Positions 17,742 to 31,068 of a stretch of DNA of 41,282 nucleotides are shown here, one piece after another. The translations under genes and the position numbers were made by a program. The notes below the pieces were generated by a model that did not search any database, had not been told where the DNA came from, and saw only the letters and a program-made list of their open reading frames with translations. Source of the stretch: Dehalococcoidia bacterium (GTDB taxonomy: Bacteria; Chloroflexota; Dehalococcoidia; DSTF01; JACRBR01). The stretch's first letter is position 1, and each line of letters opens with the position of its first letter. Where the stretch lies: NCBI GenBank assembly GCA_041494685.1, contig JBGQBE010000027.1:1-41282 (forward strand), given 5' to 3'.

Positions 17742-19103
17742 CTACACCGCCCGTCCGCGCGACGTCTGCACCGAGAGCCGGCCCAGTTCCGTCGCGGGCG
17801 GTGCGCCGTCGATGTACTCGCGCACGATGGCGCGCCACGGGCCCTTCGCTCCCAGGTTGGCGAGCAGCCCCGACAGCCCGAAGTTGATGCGCGTCAGGAA
17901 AATCATGCCCTCCGGGACGTTGCACTGCTGGTTGATGCGGCCACCGATGCCCGTCGTCTGCGTGTTCCGGCGCACCATCTCGGCGGCGAGTTCCGGCGTG
18001 AACGCGACTTCGTCGTCCAGGATCGGCGCCCAGTACCAGTGCATGTGGTCGTACAGCTCCTCCGTCGTGAACGGCGCATCCGGACGCAGAATGCCGATCG
18101 CCTCGACCGCCGCGCGCCACTCTTGGAGGTCGCCCGCGAAGAGTGCGCGAATGACGCGCTTGAAGCCGTCGATCGCCGCCTGGGAGAACTCCGCGACGCA
18201 GCCATAGTCGACGAACGCGACCGAGCCGTCGTCGAGCAGCAGATAGTTGCCGGGGTGCGGGTCGCCGTTGAACAGCGAGAGCTGATAGATCGAACCGAAC
18301 GCGTAGCGGAAGACGATCTCGCCGATCCGGTCGCGCGTCGCCTGGTCCATCTCCATCGCCGCCGAGAACGGCCGCCCGCGCATGAACTCCTGCACGAGTA
18401 CGTTCTCGGTGCTGTGCTCGTGATAGACGCGCGGCACGCGGATGAACGCGTGCCCGGCGAACTCGTCGTAGAAGCGCTGCTGCGATCGCGCCTCCTTCTT
18501 GTAGTCGAGCTCCGCGAGGATGCCCTCCTTGAGGTCGCGCACGATCGGCCCCGCCTCCAGCCCGCGTGAGACGGCGCCCGCGAGCGTCACCATCATCCCC
18601 ACGTTCGCCAGGTCGTGCCCGATCGCGTCGCGTACGCCGGGATACTGCACCTTCACGGCGACGTGCGTGCCGTCGTGCAGTTGCGCGCGGTGCACTTGGC
18701 CGATCGATGCTGCGGCGAACGGCGCGTGCTCGAAGCGGCGGAAGACGCGCGAGGGAGGTGCGCCGAACTCCGTCTGGAAGACTTGCTCCACCAGCGAGTA
18801 CGCCATTGGAGGCGCGCTCGACTGGAGCGTAGCCAGCTGGGCCGCCATGTCCGTGGGGACGATGCCGCTCATCAGTGACAGGATCTGGCCGAACTTCATG
18901 ACGGCGCCCTTCATGTCGCCCATGGTGCGCGTCACGTCTTCGGCCGTGCGCAGCACGAATTGCTCGCGTTTCCGCTTGCGGGCGTCGCCCCACGCGGCGT
19001 AGGTGCCCGCCCAGCGCACGGCCGCGCGCCCAGCCAGCCGCGCCGGCTTCAGCGAGCGGGTCACGCGGCCGCCGCCGACCGCCCGCTTCCTGGTATCGCT
19101 CAT
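17742..19103 (-). CDS. ABC1/UbiB (AarF) family atypical kinase
   Basis: MKGAVMKFGQ, FAAASIGQVHRA, VAVKVQYPG, ELDY..EA, GDPHPGN, DYG. Confidence 0.92.
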   Translation of the reverse strand: MSDTRKRAVGGGRVTRSLKPARLAGRAAVRWAGTYAAWGDARKRKREQFVLRTAEDVTRTMGDMKGAVMKFGQILSLMSGIVPTDMAAQLATLQSSAPPMAYSLVEQVFQTEFGAPPSRVFRRFEHAPFAAASIGQVHRAQLHDGTHVAVKVQYPGVRDAIGHDLANVGMMVTLAGAVSRGLEAGPIVRDLKEGILAELDYKKEARSQQRFYDEFAGHAFIRVPRVYHEHSTENVLVQEFMRGRPFSAAMEMDQATRDRIGEIVFRYAFGSIYQLSLFNGDPHPGNYLLLDDGSVAFVDYGCVAEFSQAAIDGFKRVIRALFAGDLQEWRAAVEAIGILRPDAPFTTEELYDHMHWYWAPILDDEVAFTPELAAEMVRRNTQTTGIGGRINQQCNVPEGMIFLTRINFGLSGLLANLGAKGPWRAIVREYIDGAPPATELGRLSVQTSRGRAV

Positions 19104-19110
19104 CGCGTCA

Positions 19111-20892
19111 TCACCCGGTGAGGTCCGGCCCCGCCTCCTCCGGCTCCATCGCCGTGGCGATCTCGTCGCGCAGCCGGTCGATGAACTGGAACACGGGCAT
19201 CGATTTGAGGTCCTCGCCGGCCCGCGTCCGCACCGCGACGGCCTGCGCCTCCGCTTCGCGGTCTCCGACGACCAGCATGTACGGAATCTTCTGCAGTTGC
19301 GCATCGCGGATCTTCGCGTTCATGCGCTCGCTGCGCGTGTCGATCTCGGCCCGCAAGTCGGCGGCGCGCAGGCTCGCGAGCACCTCGTGACCGTACTCGA
19401 TGTGCCGGTCCGCGATCGGGATCACGATCGCCTGCACCGGCGCGAGCCACGCCGGGAACGCGCCGGCGTACAGCTCGATCAGGTATGCCAGCATCCGCTC
19501 CATCGTGCCCAGGATGCCGCGGTGCACCAGCACCGGCCGGTGGTGCGCGCCGTCCTCGCCGATGTACGTCAGGTCGAACTGGTTTGGCAGGTGGCGGTCC
19601 ACCTGGATCGTGGCGAGCGTCTCCTCGCGGCCCAACGTGTCGCGGATCTGGATGTCGATCTTCGGGCCGTAGAACGCCGCTTCACCGATGCCGTCGTAGT
19701 AGTTCAGTTTCAGCGACTCCAGCGTGTCCCGCAGCTCGCCTTCGGCCTGTCGCCAGAGGTCGTCATCCTGGACGTACTTCTCCATGTTCGCGGGGTCGCG
19801 CAGCGAGAGACGGTACGTGTAGTCGGTGATGCCGAGCGTGGCGAAGGCGCGCTCGACGAGGCGCATCACGCTCGTGACCTCCACCTTGATCTGGTCCGGC
19901 CGGCAAAAGATGTGCGCGTCGTTCAGCGTCATGGCGCGCACACGGCTCAGCCCGCCGACGACGCCGGACTTCTCGTAGCGGTACATCGTGCCCAGTTCGG
20001 CGATGCGCACCGGCAGGTCGCGGTAGCTGTGCAGCTTGGCCTGGTACACCAGGATGTGGTGCGGGCAGTTCATCGGCCGCAGCACCATCTCCTCATGCTC
20101 CAGCTGCATCGGCGGGAACATGCCGTCGCGGTAGTGCTGCCAGTGGCCGGACGTCTTGTAGAGGTCGACCTTCGCCAGCACGGGCGAGTAGACGTGTTCG
20201 TACCCGGCCTTGCGTTCCTGGGCGAGGATGTACTCCTCCAGCTGCCGCCGGATCGTCGCGCCCTTCGGCAGCAGCGTCGGCAGGCCGGCGCCGACGAGCT
20301 CGCTCGTTGTGAACAGTTCCAGCTCGCGCCCCAGCTTGCGGTGGTCGCGGCGCGCCGCCTCCTCGATCCGCACCAGGTAGTCGTCCAGCTCCTGTTGCGT
20401 CTCGAACAGCGCGCCGTAGATCCGTTGGAGCATCGGGCGCTTCTCGTCGCCGCGCCAGTACGCGCCCGCAACCGACGTGAGCTTGAACGGCGGCACCTGC
20501 GCCGTCCGCTCGACGTGCGGCCCTTCGCAGAGGTCGCGGAACGCTCCCTGCGTGTAGATCGAGACCTTCTCGTCGGTGATGCTCTGGATCAGCTCCACCT
20601 TGAAGGGCTGGCCGGCAAACGCGCGGAGGGCCTCTTCCTTCGTCATCTCGCTGTGCTCGAACGGCACGTCTGATGTCATGCGCTCGCGCATCCGGTGCTC
20701 GATCTGCGGCAGATCTTCCGGCGTCAGCGCTCGCGGCAGCTCGAAGTCGTAGTAGAAGCCGTAGTCGATCGGCGGGCCGATCGCGAACTTCGCTTCGGGG
20801 AACATCTCCAGCACCGCTTCGGCCATGATGTGCGCGGCCGAGTGGCGCATGCGGTACAGCCGGTCCTCGCGGGGCATCGTCTCCAGGCTCAT
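19111..20892 (-). CDS. thrS: Threonine--tRNA ligase (short form)
   Basis: HSAAH, GFYYDF, DLCEGPH, RDHRKLG, RPMNCPHH, YRYEKSG, AFYGPKID. Confidence 0.98.
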   Translation of the reverse strand: MSLETMPREDRLYRMRHSAAHIMAEAVLEMFPEAKFAIGPPIDYGFYYDFELPRALTPEDLPQIEHRMRERMTSDVPFEHSEMTKEEALRAFAGQPFKVELIQSITDEKVSIYTQGAFRDLCEGPHVERTAQVPPFKLTSVAGAYWRGDEKRPMLQRIYGALFETQQELDDYLVRIEEAARRDHRKLGRELELFTTSELVGAGLPTLLPKGATIRRQLEEYILAQERKAGYEHVYSPVLAKVDLYKTSGHWQHYRDGMFPPMQLEHEEMVLRPMNCPHHILVYQAKLHSYRDLPVRIAELGTMYRYEKSGVVGGLSRVRAMTLNDAHIFCRPDQIKVEVTSVMRLVERAFATLGITDYTYRLSLRDPANMEKYVQDDDLWRQAEGELRDTLESLKLNYYDGIGEAAFYGPKIDIQIRDTLGREETLATIQVDRHLPNQFDLTYIGEDGAHHRPVLVHRGILGTMERMLAYLIELYAGAFPAWLAPVQAIVIPIADRHIEYGHEVLASLRAADLRAEIDTRSERMNAKIRDAQLQKIPYMLVVGDREAEAQAVAVRTRAGEDLKSMPVFQFIDRLRDEIATAMEPEEAGPDLTG

Positions 20893-20917
20893 GGGTCACT
20901 CTCCTCCGGCCGAACAT

Positions 20918-21163
20918 GCAAAACGCGCCTCCATCCCTTGCAGGGACGGGAGCGCGCTCCGTGGTTCCACCCTGGTTCGACGCGCGCGGCGCACGCGTCC
21001 TCCATGCGGCCGGTAACGGGGCCAATCGGCATCGCCTGCGGTCCGCCGGAGCGGACAGTCGGGATGCGGCTCGCAGGTGGTATTCGCGGTGCACCGGTGG
21101 GCGCTTGCACCGTCCGCGCCCTCGCTGGACCGGGGTTCTTCCGCTACTCGTCCTGGTCGTCGC
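20918..21163 (-). ncRNA. T-box riboswitch leader (Thr, ACC specifier)
   Basis: Minus strand has GAGTAG, AGCGAG, a GGTGCAA distal loop, specifier GAAT-ACC-A (ACC at 21081-21079) and the T-box AACCAGGGTGGAACCACGG, then a terminator stem plus TTTT upstream of thrS. Confidence 0.93.
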
Positions 21164-21221
21164 CGTTGGGGCAGCGTAGCATCAGCGCCGCGCGCGTCAC
21201 AAGCGCGCTGCTACGGCGCCG

Positions 21222-22964
<1,743 letters not shown>

Positions 22965-23196
22965 CGAAGCACCTCGTGGAGTGCGCAACGAGGAGGGGGT
23001 TGCGCGGTGTGGCCTAATCTAGCGGACGCCCTGAGACCGGTCAACACGCATTGCCCGCTCGTGGTTGCATGGATAGGATGCGAGCACCCGGTCGGGAGAG
23101 GGTTCGCATGAAGCGTTACCCGCAGCCGAGGCGTTGCCCCGCTGCAGGCGGCCTGCCAGAATGAACGGCCGCCCGTACGAATACAGGAGTCTAACG

Positions 23197-23538
23197 ATGC
23201 CGAGGAAAGACGAACGAGAACCCTTCTACCGCGTGGACGTCGCGGAGGCAAAGGGGATGGTAGGCGACGACGGCGTCGTGGTCATCGACGTGCGCGAGGC
23301 GCACGAGTTCCAGGGCGGCCACATACCCTCCGCGACGCTGCTTCCCGTGAACAGCGTCTTCGCCCGGCGCGAGGAGCTGCCGAAGGACAAGAAGATCCTG
23401 TTCGTCTGCGCCGTCGGACAGCGGAGCGCGCTCGCGGCCGAGATGGCGGCGGCGGCGGGACTGCCGCCGGAGCGGTTGTATACGCTCGACGGCGGCACCG
23501 ATGCCTGGCGGAAGGCCGGCGAAGCCGTCGAGTCGTAG
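23197..23538 (+). CDS. Rhodanese-like domain protein
   Basis: IDVRE..EF..GHIP.A, active-site CAVGQRS, LDGG..AW. AGGAG SD. Confidence 0.9.
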   Translation: MPRKDEREPFYRVDVAEAKGMVGDDGVVVIDVREAHEFQGGHIPSATLLPVNSVFARREELPKDKKILFVCAVGQRSALAAEMAAAAGLPPERLYTLDGGTDAWRKAGEAVES

Positions 23539-23615
23539 CCGCCCCGCGGGACGGCAGATCGTTCGGACGGCCCGGGCTGCGCGCCGGGGCCGTTTCTCAT
23601 AGGAGGGGAGGCCCC

Positions 23616-23744
23616 GTGCGCACCATCGTCCTCTGGGACATCGATAACACGCTGCTCTACGCCGGCGGCGCTGGCAGCCTGGGCGCGCGTTTCACGATCT
23701 GTACGGCGTGCTACAGCTACGGGCTAACCGCTCACCGCTACTAG
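23616..23744 (+). pseudogene. Truncated, frameshifted remnant of a HAD-family hydrolase
   Basis: AGGAGG SD, then MRTIVLWDIDNTLLYAGGAGSL (HAD motif I, DxDxT). The family-like continuation RAFHDLYGV is in another frame, and the ORF stops after 42 aa. Confidence 0.7.
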
Positions 23745-23971
23745 GTCGGCTGTCCGAGGAGCGGGCCGCCGCGGTCTTTGACCTTGCCGTCGATGCCGAT
23801 GACGCTCGGCCGCTCCTCGCAGTATCCGCCCATCTCGCACTTGTCGAAGAGGAACGCCTCGTGGTCGCGGCTGTAGATGATCGTCCACGTCCCGGTGACG
23901 ACGCTGTCGCGTCCGGCGGCCAGCTGCTCTTGCAGGACCTTGATCAGCGCCTCGATCTCTTTGCGACCCAT
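23741..23971 (-). CDS. Small hypothetical protein (76 aa)
   Basis: AGGTGA SD, host-like codon usage and protein-like composition with a CxxxxC pair. Confidence 0.65.
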   Translation of the reverse strand: MGRKEIEALIKVLQEQLAAGRDSVVTGTWTIIYSRDHEAFLFDKCEMGGYCEERPSVIGIDGKVKDRGGPLLGQPT

Positions 23972-24096
23972 CGGCTCACCTCTATGAACGGAAATCGGCT
24001 CTCGATCCAGTATGGCAGACGCCGCTCGGGACGGGACATCGCCGGGCGGCCGGTATACTCATCCGGCCGCCCGTACCTGTGGAGTGAGAGCGCCGC

Positions 24097-25041
24097 ATGA
24101 ACCTCTCCGTCGATATCGCCTCCGGCAAGCGCGCCCTGACGCTGGCGAACCCCGTGATGGTGGCTTCCGGCACGTTCAGCTATGGCATCGAATACGCGAA
24201 GCTCATCGACGTGCAACGCCTGGGGGCGATCGTCAGCAAGACCACGACCCTTCGGCCCCGCGCCGGCAGCCCGACGCAGCGCATCGACGAGACGCCTGCG
24301 GGCATGCTGAACTCGATCGGCCTCCAGAACGTCGGCATCGAGAAGCTGGTGCGCGACCTGGCGCCAACCTGGGCACGCTGGCGCGTCCCGGTCATCGTCA
24401 GCATCCTCGGCAGCAGCGCAGAGGAATACGGCGCCTGCGCCGCGGCGCTCGACGGTGTGTCGGGCGTCGCGGCGCTGGAGCTGAACATCAGCAGCCCCAA
24501 TGCGCAGCGCGGCGGCATGGAGTTCGGCCAGGACCCGGACGTCGCGGCGGGCGTCACTGCGGCGTGCGTCCGCGCCACGACGTTGCCGGTGATCGTGAAG
24601 CTGACGCCGAACGTCACGGACGTGACGGCCGTAGCGCGCGCCGTCGTCGACGCCGGCGCCAGCGCCATCTGCGCCGTCAACACGCTGCAGGCGATGTCGA
24701 TCGACGTCCGGGCGCGCAAGCCCCGCATCGCTCGCATAGTCGCCGGGCTCTCCGGCCCTGCGATGAAGCCGGTGGCGCTCCGGATGGTCTGGCAGGTCTG
24801 CGGCGCGGTCGACGTGCCCGTGATCGGCTGCGGCGGCATCAGCAGCGGTGCCGACGCGCTCGAATTCCTGATGGCCGGTGCGACCGCCGTGCAGGTGGGT
24901 ACCGCCACGTTCCGGAATCCGAACGCCCCGCTCGACGTGCTTGACGGCATCGAGCGCTACATGCGCGACGAGGGCGTCGACGACGTGCGCGCGCTCATCG
25001 GCGCCGCCCGCAGCCACGCGCCCGCTCCCTATCTGGGCTGA
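24097..25041 (+). CDS. pyrD: Dihydroorotate dehydrogenase, family 1-type catalytic subunit
   Basis: NPVMVASGTF, MLNSIGLQNVG, ELNISSPN, VKLTPNVTD, GLSGPA.KP, AVQVGTA. Confidence 0.92.
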   Translation: MNLSVDIASGKRALTLANPVMVASGTFSYGIEYAKLIDVQRLGAIVSKTTTLRPRAGSPTQRIDETPAGMLNSIGLQNVGIEKLVRDLAPTWARWRVPVIVSILGSSAEEYGACAAALDGVSGVAALELNISSPNAQRGGMEFGQDPDVAAGVTAACVRATTLPVIVKLTPNVTDVTAVARAVVDAGASAICAVNTLQAMSIDVRARKPRIARIVAGLSGPAMKPVALRMVWQVCGAVDVPVIGCGGISSGADALEFLMAGATAVQVGTATFRNPNAPLDVLDGIERYMRDEGVDDVRALIGAARSHAPAPYLG

Positions 25042-25259
25042 CTCAGGTCGGAGGCAGGAGCGGGCCGGCAGCCGGCACCCTGCATCGCATCGCGGTGAGT
25101 CGCAGATTCGCCGTGAACGTGACCCCCGTACGGGCGCCCGGCAGCCGATCGCGGCGCTCCGACTAGGGGCGCGCGGCCGCGGAGTCGGGGCGGATCGTGC
25201 CGGGTGCAAGGGTTCTCCCGCATGGCGAGGGGGCTTCGGCGGGGCGAAAGCTACCGGCG

Positions 25260-25502
25260 ATGCTAGTACTAAACAAGCAAGCCGCCCTCGACCGCATGAT
25301 CACGCTCGCGGAGCGCCAATCCGAATCTGTGCCCGAGCCGTTCACGCTGCGGCCCGTACGCTCGCTGCTCGGCCTGCCGCCCGCTTGGGACACGGCCGAA
25401 ACGCCAGCGCTAGGCCCGTTCGCGCTGGGTCGCGCCAACCGGCGGATCAAAGACCTAGCCGGCGTCTTCGGGTTCACGCAACCTTTGGGCGACGAATTCT
25501 AG
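25260..25502 (+). CDS. Possible small hypothetical protein or gene fragment
   Basis: 80-aa protein-like ORF from the ATG at 25260 with no recognisable motif. It overlaps the 3' end of the convergent gene. Confidence 0.35.
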   Translation: MLVLNKQAALDRMITLAERQSESVPEPFTLRPVRSLLGLPPAWDTAETPALGPFALGRANRRIKDLAGVFGFTQPLGDEF

Positions 25503-27083
25503 GAGTCGAGTGAGCAACTCGTCACGAATAGGACGGGCCTGCTCGGACGAGATCGCGCTCCACGTGGCCTTGATGATCTCGATCATCTGATCCGTGACGG
25601 TCTCTCCCGCTTGCTCAGCACCCTCGGAGGGCGGAAGGGCCGCGACGGCTTCACTCACGCGCGTATGGATCGCGCGTTCGAGGTCTGGCGGCAGCTCGGC
25701 CGGAAGAGTCTCGCCCGCGTCTTCAAAAGCTTTCAGTACGGCGCTTAGCACCGTGGGCACGATGGCGGCCAAGTTGGACGCTGCAGGTGTCCTAATCGGT
25801 TGATAGGTAAACGCCGCTGTCTTCACGTACGCCACGCCATTCGGGTTCACGACCGTGACGTCCACGGGAACCTTCGGCGGCGTGTCACCAGCCGGCGCCG
25901 GCACCTTCGCGCTGATCCGCGTGCCGTCGTCCGCCACGCTAACCGGTCCCTCCGCGTCGACGCCGCCAATGTACAATCTCGCGCCCGTCGCGAAACTCGC
26001 TCCCAGAATGGCGATGTCGTCGTGAGGCGGCGCAGTGTCAGGCTGCACGGTCCCGATCGACAGCGCCTCCTCCTTCTTGTCATCGGGCGAGCCGACGACC
26101 AGCCGCGTCATTTCGTAGAGCAAGCTGAAGAACCGTTTGTCCTGCGTCCCCAGTGCGAACGCCACCGCCAAGATCGCGGGTGTAGCGAGAGCTGTCTGAT
26201 TCTGCGCGCTCGCGACGAGTAGGAGCACGTACGTGACGCCGCCGACCACAGCAGCCGAGAACGGCCGGCCGTAGTGCCACAATGCATTGGACTTGTCCCA
26301 ATCGTTGGCGTGGTCGTAGATCCCCTTCAAGCTGGCGGCCACCCCGCCCAGCGCACCGAACCACACCGCGTACAGCGCCAAGCCGTGCAGATCCTCCGGC
26401 AGCCAGTCCTTGAAGCCCGACCAGCGGCGGCGCGCCGCATCTTCTGAGGTGATCTCGCCGGGTGCTGGCTGGTGCGGAGGTGCTGCTGTTCCCGCCGTGT
26501 TAGCTTCGGGCGTCGCCGCCGCGCCAGTGATCACCGAAGTCGCAGCCACGCAAGGCACTGCCGTGGCGCTGACGAGCCCCACCTGGCCGCCGCCGCTGGG
26601 AGAAGGAGTCGCCGACGGTGTATTCGTCGCCACCAAGCTTTGTGGCGGAGTTGCGGTCGCCGTGCCTGTTGTGATGGACGTCAGCGCCGACGGCGTCGAA
26701 ACCGCGGTCGACAGGCAGAGCGGGAACGGCGGCGCCTCTTGCAGGTACGCGAACGCGACGAGCGCTAACGAGCCGAGGGCGGTCAGGCTGTAGGTGAAGA
26801 TCGTGCTCCGCTCGCGCAACGCCGACTCGATCCGACTCCAGCCATTCTCGTGCCGGCGCGCGGACGTGGCGAATCGCAGGAGTCGCCAGCCCATCAGCAA
26901 GCCGGCCGCGATCGCAAAGACAATCCAGGTGAGTCTCAAGTGCCCCGCCTTATCGAACTGCCAGAGCGTCAGCCGCGCCGACGCGAATACAGCCACCGTC
27001 GTGAGCGCGCCCTGGATCGCCCCGACCTGCTTCCGGGTCCAGAGTTTCAGGCGTTCGAGCGTCCCGCTCCTGGCCGTAGACAC
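25455..27083 (-). CDS. Multi-TM membrane protein with an IPT/TIG-like domain
   Basis: Three N-terminal TM segments, a Ser/Thr/Pro linker, a second TM block (GALGG..GRPF..AFALG), a TIG-like I..VQP..I.ILG..F..G..DVTVVNPNG...AFTY segment and a helical tail. GTG start is inferred because the ATG at 27155 lies inside a TATGAT -10-like box. Confidence 0.7.
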   Translation of the reverse strand: MSTARSGTLERLKLWTRKQVGAIQGALTTVAVFASARLTLWQFDKAGHLRLTWIVFAIAAGLLMGWRLLRFATSARRHENGWSRIESALRERSTIFTYSLTALGSLALVAFAYLQEAPPFPLCLSTAVSTPSALTSITTGTATATPPQSLVATNTPSATPSPSGGGQVGLVSATAVPCVAATSVITGAAATPEANTAGTAAPPHQPAPGEITSEDAARRRWSGFKDWLPEDLHGLALYAVWFGALGGVAASLKGIYDHANDWDKSNALWHYGRPFSAAVVGGVTYVLLLVASAQNQTALATPAILAVAFALGTQDKRFFSLLYEMTRLVVGSPDDKKEEALSIGTVQPDTAPPHDDIAILGASFATGARLYIGGVDAEGPVSVADDGTRISAKVPAPAGDTPPKVPVDVTVVNPNGVAYVKTAAFTYQPIRTPAASNLAAIVPTVLSAVLKAFEDAGETLPAELPPDLERAIHTRVSEAVAALPPSEGAEQAGETVTDQMIEIIKATWSAISSEQARPIRDELLTRLLEFVAQRLREPEDAG

Positions 27084-27284
27084 CGTCCCCAACGCGCGTC
27101 CTTGAACGCGCACGCGGTTCTGTCGAACCGGCTCGCACGAACAGAGCCAGATCATACACTAAGCTGTCAAGCGTCAGAGATGTCGAGAGTGGCGCGGCTG
27201 TCGTGCGATACCTTCACATGGCGAAGGGGCGTGTTTCGCGCCGGGGTGGGGCGGGCGATCCGGCCCGCTATACTGCGGCGGCCG

Positions 27285-27361
<77 letters not shown>

Positions 27362-27609
27362 CCTGCTCAGGGTCATAGCAGCAGGTGACATAACATTGCG
27401 CGGCGTTGTCACGCACCCACAGGCCCCGGCCGAGTCTGGTACCATGTGGCAACACGTGTGATTGCGGCCCCGGCTCCTCGTTTCCCCGATTGTCGAGTCC
27501 CCCGCCCACATGCTCAGATGACACCGCCGCGCCGACGCGATAGCGTCCGCGTGAGCAAGGCTGCGGCCCGTCCCGCCGGAACGTCGGTCGGCGCGACATA
27601 AGGAGAAGC

Positions 27610-29469
<1,860 letters not shown>

Positions 29470-29502
29470 ACACACCGCCCGGACCTCGTGCATGATCGGC
29501 GC

Positions 29503-30180
29503 ATGGACGTGCATGACGCCGTGGCCGGATTGCGCGCGCTGGCGAACCGTCGAAACGTCGAGGGTATGGCGCGCTACGGTATCTCCTCCACGAACACTCT
29601 GGGCGTGAGCATCCCGCGGATCCGCGCGCTGGCGAAGCGCGCCGGGCGCGACCACGCGCTGGCGCAGCAGCTCTGGGACACCGGCATCCACGAAGCGCGC
29701 ATCATGGCGGCGATGGTCGACGATCCGAAGTTGGTCACGAAGCGGCAGATGGACCGCTGGGCGTCCGATTTCGACTCATGGGACGTGGTCGATGGCTGCT
29801 GCGGCGATCTCTTTGACCAGACCCCGTACGCCTACGCGAAGGCGCTCCAGTGGAGCCGCAGCCGCCTGGAGTACGTCAAGCGGGCCGGCTACGTCCTGAT
29901 GGCGACACTGGCCGTGCACGACAAGCGCGCGCCCGACGAGACCTTCCTCGCGCTGCTACCGGAGATCGCCCGCGGCGCGGACGACGAGCGCAACTTCGTG
30001 AAGAAGGCGGTGAACTGGGCGCTGCGCCAGATCGGCAAGCGCAACCGTTGCCTGAACGCCGCCGCCATCGAGACCGCCGAGCAGATCCGCGCCCAGGGCA
30101 CGCGCCCGGGCCGCTGGATCGCCGCCGACGCCCTCCGCGAGCTGCGCAGCGAAGCCGTGCAGGCGCGGCTGAAGTCATAG
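29503..30180 (+). CDS. DNA alkylation repair protein (AlkD-like HEAT-repeat)
   Basis: GVSIP.IR.LAK, LW..GIHEARI, FDSWDVVD, DERNFVKKAVNWALRQIGKRN. Confidence 0.88.
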   Translation: MDVHDAVAGLRALANRRNVEGMARYGISSTNTLGVSIPRIRALAKRAGRDHALAQQLWDTGIHEARIMAAMVDDPKLVTKRQMDRWASDFDSWDVVDGCCGDLFDQTPYAYAKALQWSRSRLEYVKRAGYVLMATLAVHDKRAPDETFLALLPEIARGADDERNFVKKAVNWALRQIGKRNRCLNAAAIETAEQIRAQGTRPGRWIAADALRELRSEAVQARLKS

Positions 30181-30263
30181 AACCGAAGCGTCCCCGACCT
30201 TCCGTCTCGCCCGGACATGGCGTACGATTGCGCAGATTTCGCTTCTGATCACGGAGGTGGGCG

Positions 30264-31055
30264 GTGGCTGATGGCAAGACGTTCGATATCTCGCTCGCCG
30301 CGTGGTCGATGCACCGGATGTTCTTCGCGAAGGAGATCGACCAGATGGGCATGGTCGATCTCACGCAGCAGCTCGGCATAGGTGCGCTGGAGCTGGTCAA
30401 CACCTTCTTCCCGTCGCCGCAGTACCAGTACCTGAAGCAGTTGCGGCAGCACGCCGACGACCTCGGCGTCAAGATCCTGCTGATCATGTGCGACGGCGAG
30501 GGCAGCATGGCCGGCCCCGAGAAGGCGGGCCGTATGCAGGCCATCAAGAACCACCACAAGTGGGTCGATATCGCCGCCGTGCTGGGCTGCCACAGCATCC
30601 GCTGCAACACAGGTGCCCGCGACGGCGACCCGGACGCGCTGGACCGCTGCGCCGAGAGCTTCCCGCTGCTCGTGGAGTACGCGGATGCTGCCGGCATCAA
30701 CGTCCTCATCGAGAACCACTGGGGGCCGTCCTCCGACCCGGCATGGCTGATGGCGCTGATGGACCGCGTGAACCACCCGCGCTTCGGCACGCTGCCGGAC
30801 TTCGGCAACTTCCCGGACACGATCGACTGCTATGACGCCGTCCAGCGGATGATGCGGCGTGCGATCGCCGTGAGCGCGAAGTGCTACGACTTCGGCCCTG
30901 ACGGCAACGAGACGAAGATCGACTACGCGCGCATGATGGGCATCGTCGTAGATGCGGGATACAGCGGCTACGTCGGGATCGAGTACGAAGGCGAGCGGCT
31001 GCCGGAGCGCGAGGGCATCCTGGCGTGCAAGGCGCTGCTGGAGCGGCTGCGGTAG
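30264..31055 (+). CDS. Sugar phosphate isomerase/epimerase (xylose isomerase-like TIM barrel)
   Basis: IENHWG, LPDFGNF, SAKCYDF, GIEYEG. Confidence 0.88.
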   Translation: MADGKTFDISLAAWSMHRMFFAKEIDQMGMVDLTQQLGIGALELVNTFFPSPQYQYLKQLRQHADDLGVKILLIMCDGEGSMAGPEKAGRMQAIKNHHKWVDIAAVLGCHSIRCNTGARDGDPDALDRCAESFPLLVEYADAAGINVLIENHWGPSSDPAWLMALMDRVNHPRFGTLPDFGNFPDTIDCYDAVQRMMRRAIAVSAKCYDFGPDGNETKIDYARMMGIVVDAGYSGYVGIEYEGERLPEREGILACKALLERLR

Positions 31056-31068
31056 GGGAGTGCGGGGC

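Noticed and set aside
23080..23196. GGAGA...GCCGAGG upstream of the rhodanese gene, suggestive of a glycine riboswitch
   Set aside because: It lacks the GCCGAAG and CTCTCAGG core elements, and the downstream gene is unrelated to glycine metabolism.
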